Of a stretch of DNA of 64,000 bases, positions 9,541 to 19,190 are shown piece after piece; position 1 is the stretch's first letter, and each line of letters starts with the position of its first letter. Origin of the DNA: Candidatus Methanomethylophilaceae archaeon. GTDB taxonomy: Archaea; Thermoplasmatota; Thermoplasmata; Methanomassiliicoccales; Methanomethylophilaceae. A program made the translations under genes and the position numbers. The notes beneath the pieces were generated by a model that was given only the letters and a program-made list of their open reading frames with translations, was not told the DNA's origin and made no database searches. The stretch spans positions 32,001 to 96,000 of the forward strand of contig JBMNHS010000002.1 in NCBI GenBank assembly GCA_050950505.1. Reading direction: 5' to 3'.

Positions 9541-11211
9541 ATGAAAACCGATATCGAGATAGCATACGACACCGAAGTCCGCCCCATATCCGAAGTCGCT
9601 TCCGAGATAGGTCTCGGTCGGGATGATATCATTCCTTACGGGAATTACATGGCCAAAATTCCGCTGGATGTTCTTGAACGTTTCAAAGACGGAGAGAACG
9701 GCAAACTGATACTTGTTACCGCAATCACGCCGACTCCCGCGGGAGAAGGCAAAACCGTAACTAACATCGGTTTGGTTCAGGGTCTCGGCAGAATAGGAAA
9801 GAAAGTGATCGGAACTTTAAGGGAACCGTCCTTAGGTCCCGTGTTCGGAGTCAAAGGCGGAGCCACCGGAGGCGGATATTCCCAAGTTTATCCGATGTGG
9901 GACATAGATTTGCATTTCACGGGAGACATCCATGCGGTTTCCGCCGCACACAACCTTCTGTCCGCCGTGGTGGAAAACCACATGGCAAAAGGAAATCAGC
10001 TTAACATCGACCCCACCCGGGTGATGTTGAAGAAAGCCATGGACATGAACGCCAGGGAGCTGAGAAACATCATAATCGGATTGGGGGGACGCACCATGGG
10101 CGGAATACCCCACGAAAGCGGCTTCATGATTACTTCCGCTTCCGAAATCTCCGCAATACTCGCACTGTCCGCGGGATATGAGGATTTGCGGGGAAGGCTG
10201 GAAAAAATCATAGTCGCTTACAACAACGACGGAGACCCCGTCACCGCCGGAGATCTGGAATGTGTCGGCGGAATGATGGTTCTGCTCAAAGACGCCATCA
10301 ATCCCAATCTGGTTCAGACGTTGGAAGGCGATCCCGTGTTCATTCACGGATTCCCTTTTGCCAACATCGCTCACGGCGCAAACAGCATCATCGCCACGAA
10401 ATCCGCCCTCAGACTTGCGGACTACGTGGTAACCGAAGCGGGATTCGCTTCGGATTTGGGTGCCGAAAAATTCATGGACATCGTCTGCAGGCAGGCGGAC
10501 ATTTCTCCTGACTGTGTGGTAATAGTCGCTTCTTCCAGGGCTCTGATGATGCACGGAGGGGCGGATCTGAAAGACGAAAGCACCATGACTTCCGAGAATC
10601 TGAAAAAGGGTCTGGAAAATCTTGACAAGCATATTGAAAACATGAAAATCTACGGCGTGCCGATAATAGTCAGCATAAACAGATTCGGAACGGATACCCC
10701 GGAACATCTGGACATCATCCGTTCCGGTTGCGAAAAACACGGCGTGAGATGCGTTGTGTCCGAAGCGTTTTCAAAAGGCGGCGAAGGCGCCGCGGATCTG
10801 GCCAACGCCGTGGTTGAAGCCTGTGACGAACCGAAAGATTTCAGACATCTTTACGACTCGGACCTGTCCCTCAAAGAGAAGATAGAAACCATCGCCACGA
10901 AGATATTCGGTGCCGATTCCGTCTCGTACGCCGCATCGGCGAACCGGACCCTCGACGATCTGGAAAAGAGAGGATTCGGAAAACTGCCCATCTGCATCGC
11001 AAAGACCCAGGCGTCCTTATCGGACAAATCGGATCTGAAAGGAGCCCCCAAAGGTTGGGTTCTGAACGTAAGGGAGGTTCAGATTTCCGCCGGCGCGGGA
11101 TTCGTGATACCGATCTGCGGCACAATGTCGCTGATGCCCGGACTTCCGGCGGTTCCCGCCGCGATGAACATGGATCTGGATTCAAAGGGAAAAATAACGG
11201 GACTGAACTGA
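9541..11211 (+). CDS. fhs: Formate--tetrahydrofolate ligase
   Basis: TPTPAGEGKT, REPSLGP, KGGATGGGYSQV, PFANIAHG and TEAGF motifs. Confidence 0.97.
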   Translation: MKTDIEIAYDTEVRPISEVASEIGLGRDDIIPYGNYMAKIPLDVLERFKDGENGKLILVTAITPTPAGEGKTVTNIGLVQGLGRIGKKVIGTLREPSLGPVFGVKGGATGGGYSQVYPMWDIDLHFTGDIHAVSAAHNLLSAVVENHMAKGNQLNIDPTRVMLKKAMDMNARELRNIIIGLGGRTMGGIPHESGFMITSASEISAILALSAGYEDLRGRLEKIIVAYNNDGDPVTAGDLECVGGMMVLLKDAINPNLVQTLEGDPVFIHGFPFANIAHGANSIIATKSALRLADYVVTEAGFASDLGAEKFMDIVCRQADISPDCVVIVASSRALMMHGGADLKDESTMTSENLKKGLENLDKHIENMKIYGVPIIVSINRFGTDTPEHLDIIRSGCEKHGVRCVVSEAFSKGGEGAADLANAVVEACDEPKDFRHLYDSDLSLKEKIETIATKIFGADSVSYAASANRTLDDLEKRGFGKLPICIAKTQASLSDKSDLKGAPKGWVLNVREVQISAGAGFVIPICGTMSLMPGLPAVPAAMNMDLDSKGKITGLN

Positions 11212-11213
11212 AA

Positions 11214-11888
11214 TCATCCGTTCTCGGCCATGTCGTACCAACGGTCCGCCTCATCCTTGTCGGCGGGCACCCCGTCTCCGGCGGAATACATATTGCCCAG
11301 GAGAATCCCGGCACCTCTGTTTCCGTTCATGGCCGAGGACATCAGCCAATCCACGGCGCGGTCGGCGTCGACTTCCACCCCGCAGCCTGTTTTGTAAAAC
11401 TGACCCAATGCGAACTGGGCATCGGGATGTCCCTGTTTTGCGGCTTTGGCAATCCACTCGGCGGATTTTTCGAAATCCCGGGGAGTGAATTCGCCTTCGA
11501 AGTAAATCAGACCCAAGGCATACTGTGCCCTCGGATCCCCCTCATCGGCGGGAACCGTGAACAATTCAATGGATTTTTCTATGTTCTTTTCGACGCCGAA
11601 TCCTCTGAAGTACATTTTCCCCAGGTAATACATGGCGCTCCTGCTTCCGCTTCCGGCCGCTTTTGAAAACCAATCGGCCGCCGCGGCAAGGTCTCTGTCG
11701 ACCCCCTGTCCGCGGGCGTACATCAGACCTAGACAGAACCTGCCGTCTCCGGAACCTTCGACGGCCGCTTCGGATATCACCGAATATGCTTCGGCGTAAT
11801 CTTTTTCGGAACGGCCTCTCAGTACCGCTTTCGCCCACTCGAGCGAAAGACCTCCGGTATCGGCAGGGCAGGATGGGACACTGTCCAT
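11214..11888 (-). CDS. Sel1-like repeat protein
   Basis: Repeats such as LGLMYARGQGVDRD and AQFALGQFYKTGCGVEVD. Confidence 0.9.
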   Translation of the reverse strand: MDSVPSCPADTGGLSLEWAKAVLRGRSEKDYAEAYSVISEAAVEGSGDGRFCLGLMYARGQGVDRDLAAAADWFSKAAGSGSRSAMYYLGKMYFRGFGVEKNIEKSIELFTVPADEGDPRAQYALGLIYFEGEFTPRDFEKSAEWIAKAAKQGHPDAQFALGQFYKTGCGVEVDADRAVDWLMSSAMNGNRGAGILLGNMYSAGDGVPADKDEADRWYDMAENG

Positions 11889-12136
11889 GAATCCGTACCG
11901 ACGCAGGCCTATTTTTACTTAATTCCGTTTTCTCTTCCAGTGTGTGGGAGTCATGGCGGATTTCATTGCCGCAAAATTAATTTTCGGGTCAATGCGGCCG
12001 ATTCCGAAATACACCGAATCTCCGAATTTCAGACGGTTTTCGATATTTCGAACAATTGCTCAACCGAACGCTCTTCTTATTCCTTTTAAAAATTCCGGAT
12101 TCAAAAAAAGGGAATCTATTATAGTATACGAAAATC

Positions 12137-13264
12137 TTGTATCCTGCAAGAGTTGTGAACGTTGTGAAGGATCCCATATTGAAGGATGCCGAGGCAGGGG
12201 ATGCCTATGCGGCGCTGGGCGTCGCTTATATGTACCACCACGGTAAAGAGTACAATTACGACCTCGGGGAAGCGATAAAATGGTACCTCATCGCCGCTGA
12301 TGCGGGATGTACGAGGGCCGAATGGGAAATCGCACAGATGTACCGGGACGGGGTCATATTTTCACAGGACATTTACCAGTACCTCAATCACCTCCGCAAC
12401 GCCGCCATCATGGGAAACCCCGAAGCACAGCTTACGTTGGCTTTCGAATACATGAGAGGCATTCTTGTAACCAGGGATTTCGAAATCGCGTTCAGATGGA
12501 TGTCGAATTCCGCCAAACAGGGTGTGCCCATGGCCCAGTTCTATCTCGGTTATATGTACCGTCAGGGCATCGGAGCGGAGAAAAGCCGGACGGAATCCGA
12601 GCGCTGGTATTCCGGCACCGTGATTTCAGGAAACGCCGACATGTTCATGGAAATCGGAATAATGTTCGAATTCGGTCTGGACGGAATCGTTCACAATGAA
12701 GTGGAAGCCGCGAGATGGTACCGATACGGTGCGGACATGGGGCACGAAGGCTGCATACTGTCTCTGAAAATGATAGAACACAATTTCAAAGGCGGCAAAA
12801 AAGACACCTTGAAAGAAAGATTGAATCGGTTGAACCAAACCAGTTCCTCCATGGAACGCGAAGTCAGGGACTCCGCTTTCCATCTTGCCAACGAATATCT
12901 GGATTCCGGCGAATTTGACCTGTCTTTCAAAAATTTTCAAAAAGCCGCCGATCTGGGAAGTCCCGATGCCATGTTTTTCCTGTCCCTGATGTACCGTGAA
13001 GGTCTTTCCGTGAGACGCAACATGAAAAAATCCTTGGAACTTCTTGCCCGGGCCGCCGATGCCGGCTCCGTCGATGCCCAATTCATGCTTGGCCGCCTTT
13101 ATGACGTGGGCGGAGGATTGGCCGAAAGCGAAATCGATGCGATAAAATATTACACCATGGCCGCCGCGGGAGGCTATCTTTCCGCATTCTATTATCTCGG
13201 CAAATTCATGAACCATCCCGAAATTCACGTAAGGCGTTCCGTGGGAAAATACAAGCGTTACTGA
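12137..13264 (+). CDS. Sel1-like repeat protein (true start may be GTG at 12155 or 12164)
   Basis: Repeats such as AQFYLGYMYRQGIG and AQFMLGRLYDVGGG. Confidence 0.9.
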   Translation: MYPARVVNVVKDPILKDAEAGDAYAALGVAYMYHHGKEYNYDLGEAIKWYLIAADAGCTRAEWEIAQMYRDGVIFSQDIYQYLNHLRNAAIMGNPEAQLTLAFEYMRGILVTRDFEIAFRWMSNSAKQGVPMAQFYLGYMYRQGIGAEKSRTESERWYSGTVISGNADMFMEIGIMFEFGLDGIVHNEVEAARWYRYGADMGHEGCILSLKMIEHNFKGGKKDTLKERLNRLNQTSSSMEREVRDSAFHLANEYLDSGEFDLSFKNFQKAADLGSPDAMFFLSLMYREGLSVRRNMKKSLELLARAADAGSVDAQFMLGRLYDVGGGLAESEIDAIKYYTMAAAGGYLSAFYYLGKFMNHPEIHVRRSVGKYKRY

Positions 13265-13341
13265 GACGAACCATTTTGCATCATCCGTTTTTTCTTTGAC
13301 ATGAACGGAACCGATTTTATCGAAGGAGGCGTTTCGGAATC

Positions 13342-13710
13342 ATGGCAAAAGTCAAAGAAGGACTCTTTTACAACAAAGAAGGCATGTGGGTGAAGGTTGA
13401 AGGAAACAAAGCCAGGATAGGGTTGTCCGATCCGGCTCAGGACGAACTCGGAGAGGTCATCTATGTGCAGACTCCGGTGATGGACAGGGAAGTATACAAA
13501 GGGGACGAAATCGGTGCTCTTGAAAGTTTCAAATCCATAATTCCCATTGTTTCTCCCGTCGAAGGCAAAATTGTTTCCGTCAACCGGGCTCTTGAAGAGA
13601 ACCCTTCGTTGATCAACACCTCCCCCTACGAAGAGGGTTGGCTGGCGGAACTCGAACTTTCGTCGGAAGTCGAAGGACTTTGCACCGCAGAAGAATATAA
13701 GTCATTATAA
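13342..13710 (+). CDS. gcvH: Glycine cleavage H-like lipoyl carrier protein
   Basis: IGLSDPAQDELG, LESFKS (lipoyl Lys) and INTSPYEEGW motifs; GGAGG RBS upstream. Confidence 0.92.
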   Translation: MAKVKEGLFYNKEGMWVKVEGNKARIGLSDPAQDELGEVIYVQTPVMDREVYKGDEIGALESFKSIIPIVSPVEGKIVSVNRALEENPSLINTSPYEEGWLAELELSSEVEGLCTAEEYKSL

Positions 13711-13735
13711 TGTATACATTCATACATCATGTAAC
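13710..13735. promoter_or_regulatory. Palindromic operator upstream of paaK (TRP-box-like)
   Basis: ATGTATA-CATT-CATACAT followed by TGTAAC; closely matches the site at 24372-24398. Confidence 0.6.
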
Positions 13736-13780
13736 TAAAACAACCACTACTAATATATCGGAGTTCATTAATCGCCATAA

Positions 13781-15025
13781 TTGAGCACAATGGAGATGAA
13801 TGATTACCAATCGGAGAACATCAGACGCATACTGTCAACCATAAAAGACGACAGTCCCTTCTACGCAAAGAAATATGCGGACCTGGACGTCTCCTCGGTA
13901 AAAGACCGGGAATCCTTTGAAAAATTGCCTTTTACGGACAAATCGGACCTCAGGGAAGCCTACCCTTTGGGATTGGCCGCCGTTCCGGAGGAAAAAATAG
14001 TAAGAATACATTCTTCCTCCGGCACCACGGGAACCCCGGTGATAATTCCCTACACCGAACGGGACATCGAAGACTGGGCCATAATGTTCGAACGCTGTTA
14101 CAGAATGGCGGGAATAACCGAAAAGGACAGATTGCAGATAACTCCGGGTTACGGTCTCTGGACGGCCGGAATAGGATTTCAGACGGGATCTGAAAGATTG
14201 GGGGCGCTCACTCTGCCCATGGGCCCGGGAAACACCGAGAAGCAATTGCGGTTCATGAAGGATTTCAAAACCACGGTGCTGTGCGCAACCTCATCCTACG
14301 CATTGCTCCTTTCCGAAGAAATAAAGAAACTGGGCATCGGGGACGAACTTTGTCTCAGGAAAGGAATCATCGGTTCCGAAAGATGGGGGGAGAAAATGCG
14401 CAAAAGAATCGCCGGGGAACTCGGCGTGGAACTTTACGACATATACGGACTGACGGAAATCTACGGGCCGGGAATCGGAATCAGCTGCGATTACGAAAAC
14501 GGAATCCATCTCTGGGACGATTACATTTATTTTGAGATCATAGATCCGAAAACCGGAAAAGTTCTGCCCGACGGAGAGGAAGGGGAACTTGTCATAACCA
14601 CTCTGAGGAAAGAAGGCGCCCCGCTCATAAGGTACAGAACCCACGACATCACGAAAATAATACCGGGAAAATGTCCCTGCGGTTCCGAGTATCCGAGAAT
14701 AGACATCATAATCGGAAGAACCGACGATATGGTCAAAGTGAAAGGAGTGAACATGTTCCCCGCCCAGTTCGAGGAAGTTCTTTCGAAAGTCGACGGTGCG
14801 GATTCCGAATATCAGGTGATGATAGACCACCTCAACGGAAAGGATATTTTAACGTTGTATTTTGAAACCGGAATGCCCGATGACACCTGGGATTCACTGG
14901 AAAACGCGGTGCAGGACAGATTCAAGGCCGCGGTGGGCGTGACGATAAACCCCAAAGCGGTGCATGTCGGGGATCTTCCCAGAAGCGAGAAGAAAACCAG
15001 CCGTATCTTTGACAACAGATACTGA
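13781..15025 (+). CDS. paaK: Phenylacetate (aryl acid)--CoA ligase
   Basis: HSSSGTTG, YGLWTAG, DIYGLTE, RYRTHD, GRTDDMVKVKGVN and SEKK motifs. Confidence 0.92.
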   Translation: MSTMEMNDYQSENIRRILSTIKDDSPFYAKKYADLDVSSVKDRESFEKLPFTDKSDLREAYPLGLAAVPEEKIVRIHSSSGTTGTPVIIPYTERDIEDWAIMFERCYRMAGITEKDRLQITPGYGLWTAGIGFQTGSERLGALTLPMGPGNTEKQLRFMKDFKTTVLCATSSYALLLSEEIKKLGIGDELCLRKGIIGSERWGEKMRKRIAGELGVELYDIYGLTEIYGPGIGISCDYENGIHLWDDYIYFEIIDPKTGKVLPDGEEGELVITTLRKEGAPLIRYRTHDITKIIPGKCPCGSEYPRIDIIIGRTDDMVKVKGVNMFPAQFEEVLSKVDGADSEYQVMIDHLNGKDILTLYFETGMPDDTWDSLENAVQDRFKAAVGVTINPKAVHVGDLPRSEKKTSRIFDNRY

Positions 15026-15027
15026 GA

Positions 15028-15987
15028 TTACCTCTTGACCCCGCCGATCATCACGAGATATGCCAGCAACGCTTCCAGTTGAATGCGTTCGTTGCTTCCC
15101 TCTATGATGCGGAATTCTATTTCCCCGGTTTTGTCCACCAGCCTTACCTTTTCGGAATCGGAGATGCTGAGATCGAAGAAAGACGAATGGATCTGACGGA
15201 TTATGTCCTGTCCGGACAGTCCGAATTCAATCATGGTGTCATCAAGCATGTTCCTGGCAAGAATGAAGTTGCCGTCCAACGCCGTCTCGAGAATTTCTCT
15301 GATGATTTCGGGATTGGCCATCCCCGTTGTCTGGTATATCGTGTCAATATCGATTTTCTTGCCCATGGACGCGGCCACCTGCAAAGAGTTCACGGCACGT
15401 CTCATATCCCCTCTGGCGACATGTACCAGTCCCTGAACGGCATCTTCGTCGATATCCACGCCTTCCTTGTCGATTATGCTTCTCAGATACTCTTCAACGT
15501 CCGTCGCGGTAAGAGGTCTGAAACGGAATATGGCGCATCTCGATTGAATGGGATCTATGATTTTTGACGAGTAGTTGCAGGACAGGATGAAACGGCAGAT
15601 TTTGGAGTATCTTTCCATGGTCCGCCTCAGTGCGGCCTGGGCGTCGCTGGTCAGCGAGTCCGCCTCATCCATGAAAATTATTTTGAAATCCGCGCCGGAC
15701 AAAGGCGCGGTTCGGGCAAATTCTTTTATTTTGCCTCTTACGACGTCGATTCCCCTTTCGTCGGAAGCGTTGAGCTCCATGACGTTGCCCCTCCAATCCT
15801 CGCCGTAGAGTTCTTTCGCCAACGCAAGGGCACTGGTGGTTTTTCCCGTGCCCGCGGGACCGGTGAAAAGAAGATGGGGCATGTTCCGGGATCCGACGTA
15901 AGACTGGAGCCGGTCCGTTATGTTCTTCTGACCCACAACATCCTTCAGGGCCTTCGGCCTGTATTTTTCCGTCCAGATCTCGCTCAT
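15028..15987 (-). CDS. rfcS: Replication factor C small subunit
   Basis: WTEKYRP, GPAGTGKT, ELNASDERG, DEAD and QSRC motifs; no intein. Confidence 0.97.
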   Translation of the reverse strand: MSEIWTEKYRPKALKDVVGQKNITDRLQSYVGSRNMPHLLFTGPAGTGKTTSALALAKELYGEDWRGNVMELNASDERGIDVVRGKIKEFARTAPLSGADFKIIFMDEADSLTSDAQAALRRTMERYSKICRFILSCNYSSKIIDPIQSRCAIFRFRPLTATDVEEYLRSIIDKEGVDIDEDAVQGLVHVARGDMRRAVNSLQVAASMGKKIDIDTIYQTTGMANPEIIREILETALDGNFILARNMLDDTMIEFGLSGQDIIRQIHSSFFDLSISDSEKVRLVDKTGEIEFRIIEGSNERIQLEALLAYLVMIGGVKR

Positions 15988-16112
15988 GTTATCGACCTTT
16001 CATATCTCCGTATTATGTAATATCTTTCCTCGGTTTCGACCGTGAAACCGCTCAACGCTTCCGTCGAAGCGTTTGAGAATAGTTATACATTCCTTTGACA
16101 TTCCGTCGATGT

Positions 16113-17075
16113 ATGAAGATATACGACGCATACAGATTGGCGATCGAAACAGGCAGGAAGAACGATCCCCGCCCGGTATCCGAAGTTGAAATCGCAATGA
16201 AGAAAGAGCGGGATGATTACGAAGCCCTTTCTGACGAGAAGAAACAGTTTTTCGACACGGAAAGGCTGTGGAACCCCTACAGTGATTCAAGATTCTCCGC
16301 AATGATAGAGGAATCCAAGGATTTGGAAGCCGAGAGTTTCATGTGGGGAATCGACATCGGCACCGGCGAGATGCTACTTGCCGACCGTCTCCGTGAGAAA
16401 GGCAAAACGGTATCCGCGGTTGTGGCTCACCACCCCACCGGTCTGTCCAAAGTTCCCTTCCCCGGCGTTATGCACATGCAAACCGACATGTACGCCGCCG
16501 ACGGCGTTCCGATAAACGTCTGCGAGTCCCTGATGGCGCCCCGCATAGACCTGGTCACCAGAAACGTGATGGGGGCCAACTTCAACCAGTCCGCCGACGC
16601 GGCAAACCTTTTGGGAATTCCGTTGTTCAACGTTCACACTCCGGCGGACAACATGGTTCAGAAGTACATCGACAACATCCTGGAAGAACTGGAAGCCAGA
16701 ACTTTGGGGGATATCATCGAGAGACTTTACAAAGAGCCGGAATACGCCATGGCCGCCAAAATGAACAATCCTCCGACCATCATCGTCGGAAACAAGAACA
16801 GCAGATGCGGAAGGGCCGTGTCCAAAATGACGGGAGGAACCTCCGGTCCCAAGGAAATCTATGAGAAATTCGCCCAGGCCGGCGTGGGCACCGTTGTGGG
16901 AATGCACTTTCCCGAGGACCATATCGAAGAAGCCAGAAAAGCCGGAATCAACATAATCGTCTCCGGGCACATGGCTTCCGATTCCATCGGAATCAACCTA
17001 ATCTGCGACGAGTGGGAAAAAGAAGGCATCGAAATCTTCGGTTGCTCCGGTCTTATCCGCCACAGCAGGAACTGA
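16113..17075 (+). CDS. NIF3/DUF34-family metal-binding protein
   Basis: GID, VAHHP, VHTPADN, GMH and SGHMASDS motifs; ATG at 16113 preferred as start. Confidence 0.8.
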   Translation: MKIYDAYRLAIETGRKNDPRPVSEVEIAMKKERDDYEALSDEKKQFFDTERLWNPYSDSRFSAMIEESKDLEAESFMWGIDIGTGEMLLADRLREKGKTVSAVVAHHPTGLSKVPFPGVMHMQTDMYAADGVPINVCESLMAPRIDLVTRNVMGANFNQSADAANLLGIPLFNVHTPADNMVQKYIDNILEELEARTLGDIIERLYKEPEYAMAAKMNNPPTIIVGNKNSRCGRAVSKMTGGTSGPKEIYEKFAQAGVGTVVGMHFPEDHIEEARKAGINIIVSGHMASDSIGINLICDEWEKEGIEIFGCSGLIRHSRN

Positions 17076-17076
17076 G

Positions 17077-18273
17077 ATGTTCGAAAAGGCCTCGGTGATA
17101 ATCCGCAATCAGGACCGACTGTCCTCGGATTACGTACCTGAGAAAATCGTTCACCGGGACGCTCAGAGATCCAGATTGGAAACTTTCTTCCGTCCTTTGG
17201 CCGAAAGCGGCAGACCCTGCTACGCATACCTCACGGGAAGCGTCGGCACGGGGAAAACCGCAACGGCCAAACGTTTTTCCAAGGATATGGAAGCTTATTG
17301 CTTCGAGGCCGGAAAACCCATCGAAACCATTTCCGTCAACTGCAGGAGCAGAAACACCGAGGCCGGAGTGATTCTGGAACTTGTCAGAAATTATGACAAA
17401 GGATTCCCGGAAAGAGGGTTCTCTCCCGATGAGATGATGAGATCCTTCCGAACCCATGTGGAGAAGAGCGCCCGCCCCGTTCTGATAATCCTTGACGAAG
17501 TGGACGTGCTTCTGAAAAAATCAAACATCGACCTGATTTATCAATTGACGCGTTTTTCCGAAGAGGCAAGAGGAAAAGCCGGCATATCGCTGATACTGAT
17601 ATCCCAGTTTCCCATTTACGGACTGTTGGACGAAGCGTCTCTGTCAACCTTCGGAAGAGGCAACGCCATAACTTTCGACAAGTACTCCCGGGACGAACTG
17701 TATTCGATTACGGAATACCGCGCCGAGGATGCGCTGATCGACGGAAGGTATTCCGAAGACGTCATCGATCTGATTGCCGACGTTTCGTCGGAATACGGAG
17801 ATGCCAGATTCGCCATAGAGTTGCTGGAATCCGCGGCATTGATCGCGGAAGGCGATTCCGAAGGGTTCCTTGACACCGAGGATGTCCGCGAAGCCAAGGC
17901 GAACATCAACAGCGTGGTGACCGAAAGCAAACTTCTGGGATTGGACATGAACCGGAAGCTGGCTCTTTTGGCGATAGCCAGAGCCATGAAGAACAACCTT
18001 TACATAACCATAACCGCGGCGGAGAAAACCTATCACATCGTTTCCGAGGAATACGGAAGAGAACCCAGGAAATATACCCAGTTCTGGACTTACATACAGG
18101 ATATGGACCGGCAGAATCTTCTGGAAACCGTGGTTCGCAACGAGAAAGAAGGGGGACGCGTCACGTATATTTCGTTACCCGACATCCCGTCCAAAGTCCT
18201 GGCCAAAAAGTTGGAAATCATGCTGGAAGGCAAAGAATTCATAGCTTCGGACGTTGCGGAGATTGAAAAATGA
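17077..18273 (+). CDS. cdc6: Cdc6/Orc1 replication initiator
   Basis: DYVPEKIVHR, GSVGTGKT, ILDEVD and GDARFAI motifs; C-terminal winged helix. Confidence 0.93.
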   Translation: MFEKASVIIRNQDRLSSDYVPEKIVHRDAQRSRLETFFRPLAESGRPCYAYLTGSVGTGKTATAKRFSKDMEAYCFEAGKPIETISVNCRSRNTEAGVILELVRNYDKGFPERGFSPDEMMRSFRTHVEKSARPVLIILDEVDVLLKKSNIDLIYQLTRFSEEARGKAGISLILISQFPIYGLLDEASLSTFGRGNAITFDKYSRDELYSITEYRAEDALIDGRYSEDVIDLIADVSSEYGDARFAIELLESAALIAEGDSEGFLDTEDVREAKANINSVVTESKLLGLDMNRKLALLAIARAMKNNLYITITAAEKTYHIVSEEYGREPRKYTQFWTYIQDMDRQNLLETVVRNEKEGGRVTYISLPDIPSKVLAKKLEIMLEGKEFIASDVAEIEK

Positions 18274-19190
18274 AATGCGATCTGTGTTCTTCGGATGCCG
18301 TCACTTTGGTTGAATACAACGGGTCTCACCTTTGCGGCGAACATTTCATGAAATACGTCAGCAGACGGGTCAAGAAAGAAATCCGCAAACAGATCAACGT
18401 CAAATCCGGTGATACCATCGCCGCCGCCGTGTCCGGGGGGAAAGACAGCATGATCATGCTTCAGTTCCTGAACGAAATATTCGGTTCCCGTCCGGACGTG
18501 AATTTGCACGCAATCGCCATCGACGAAGGCGTGGAAGGGTACAGACCCCCGAGCATAGACGTGGTCAGAAAATACTGTGACGGCAACGGCATTCCGCTGA
18601 GCATCAGAAGTTTTTCAGAATACGGACTGACCATGGACGCAATCGCTCCCGTTTCCGGCAGCAGTTCACCCTGCACTTACTGCGGAGTTTTCCGCCGCAG
18701 ACTGATGAACGACGAAGCCCGGAAAATAGGCGCAGTTTTCATCGCCACCGGACACAACCTTGACGACATGGCTCAATCGGTGATGATGAACTTCGTCCGC
18801 GGAGACGTGGAAAGACTGGCGAGGCTGGGGCCTCATTCGAGAGTGAGGGAGGGACTGATACCCAGATTCCATCCTCTGAGGATGATCCCGGAATCCGAAA
18901 CTCTGTTGTACGCCCTGGTTTCCGGCATACCTTTCTGGGACGGGGAGTGTCCTTATTGGACCGAGGCCCTGAGAAACCAATACCGCGACATAATAGACGA
19001 ATTGGATTCGAGGACCCCGGGAATCAAGTTCAGCATCCTGTCCTCCTACGATGAAATCCGGCCCATGCTTTACGACAACTACCCTTCCGCAGACGTGAAC
19101 ATCTGCGAATGCGGGGAATCCTGCGTCGGCGAAAGATGCAGAGCCTGTCAGTACGAAGAAACTCTGAAGAAAAGAATCTCGGGACTTTGA
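18270..19190 (+). CDS. ttuA: tRNA 2-thiouridine synthetase TtuA/NcsA family
   Basis: N- and C-terminal Zn fingers; SGGKDS PP-loop; PCTYCGVFRR, TGHNLDD and ECPY motifs. Confidence 0.9.
   Translation: MKCDLCSSDAVTLVEYNGSHLCGEHFMKYVSRRVKKEIRKQINVKSGDTIAAAVSGGKDSMIMLQFLNEIFGSRPDVNLHAIAIDEGVEGYRPPSIDVVRKYCDGNGIPLSIRSFSEYGLTMDAIAPVSGSSSPCTYCGVFRRRLMNDEARKIGAVFIATGHNLDDMAQSVMMNFVRGDVERLARLGPHSRVREGLIPRFHPLRMIPESETLLYALVSGIPFWDGECPYWTEALRNQYRDIIDELDSRTPGIKFSILSSYDEIRPMLYDNYPSADVNICECGESCVGERCRACQYEETLKKRISGL

Noticed and set aside
12122-12139. In-frame TAG upstream of the Sel1 gene as a pyrrolysine codon
   Set aside because: It lies in the AT-rich TATA region, and the upstream frame does not look coding.
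11944-12246. 100-aa ORF between the divergent Sel1 genes
   Set aside because: It runs through promoter-like AT tracts, overlaps the Sel1 gene out of frame, and has no motifs.
15988-17077. Replication origin next to cdc6
   Set aside because: cdc6 is internal to an operon; I saw no repeated ORB boxes or long AT-rich unwinding element. The single TTCCAGTG at ~11935 is not sufficient.
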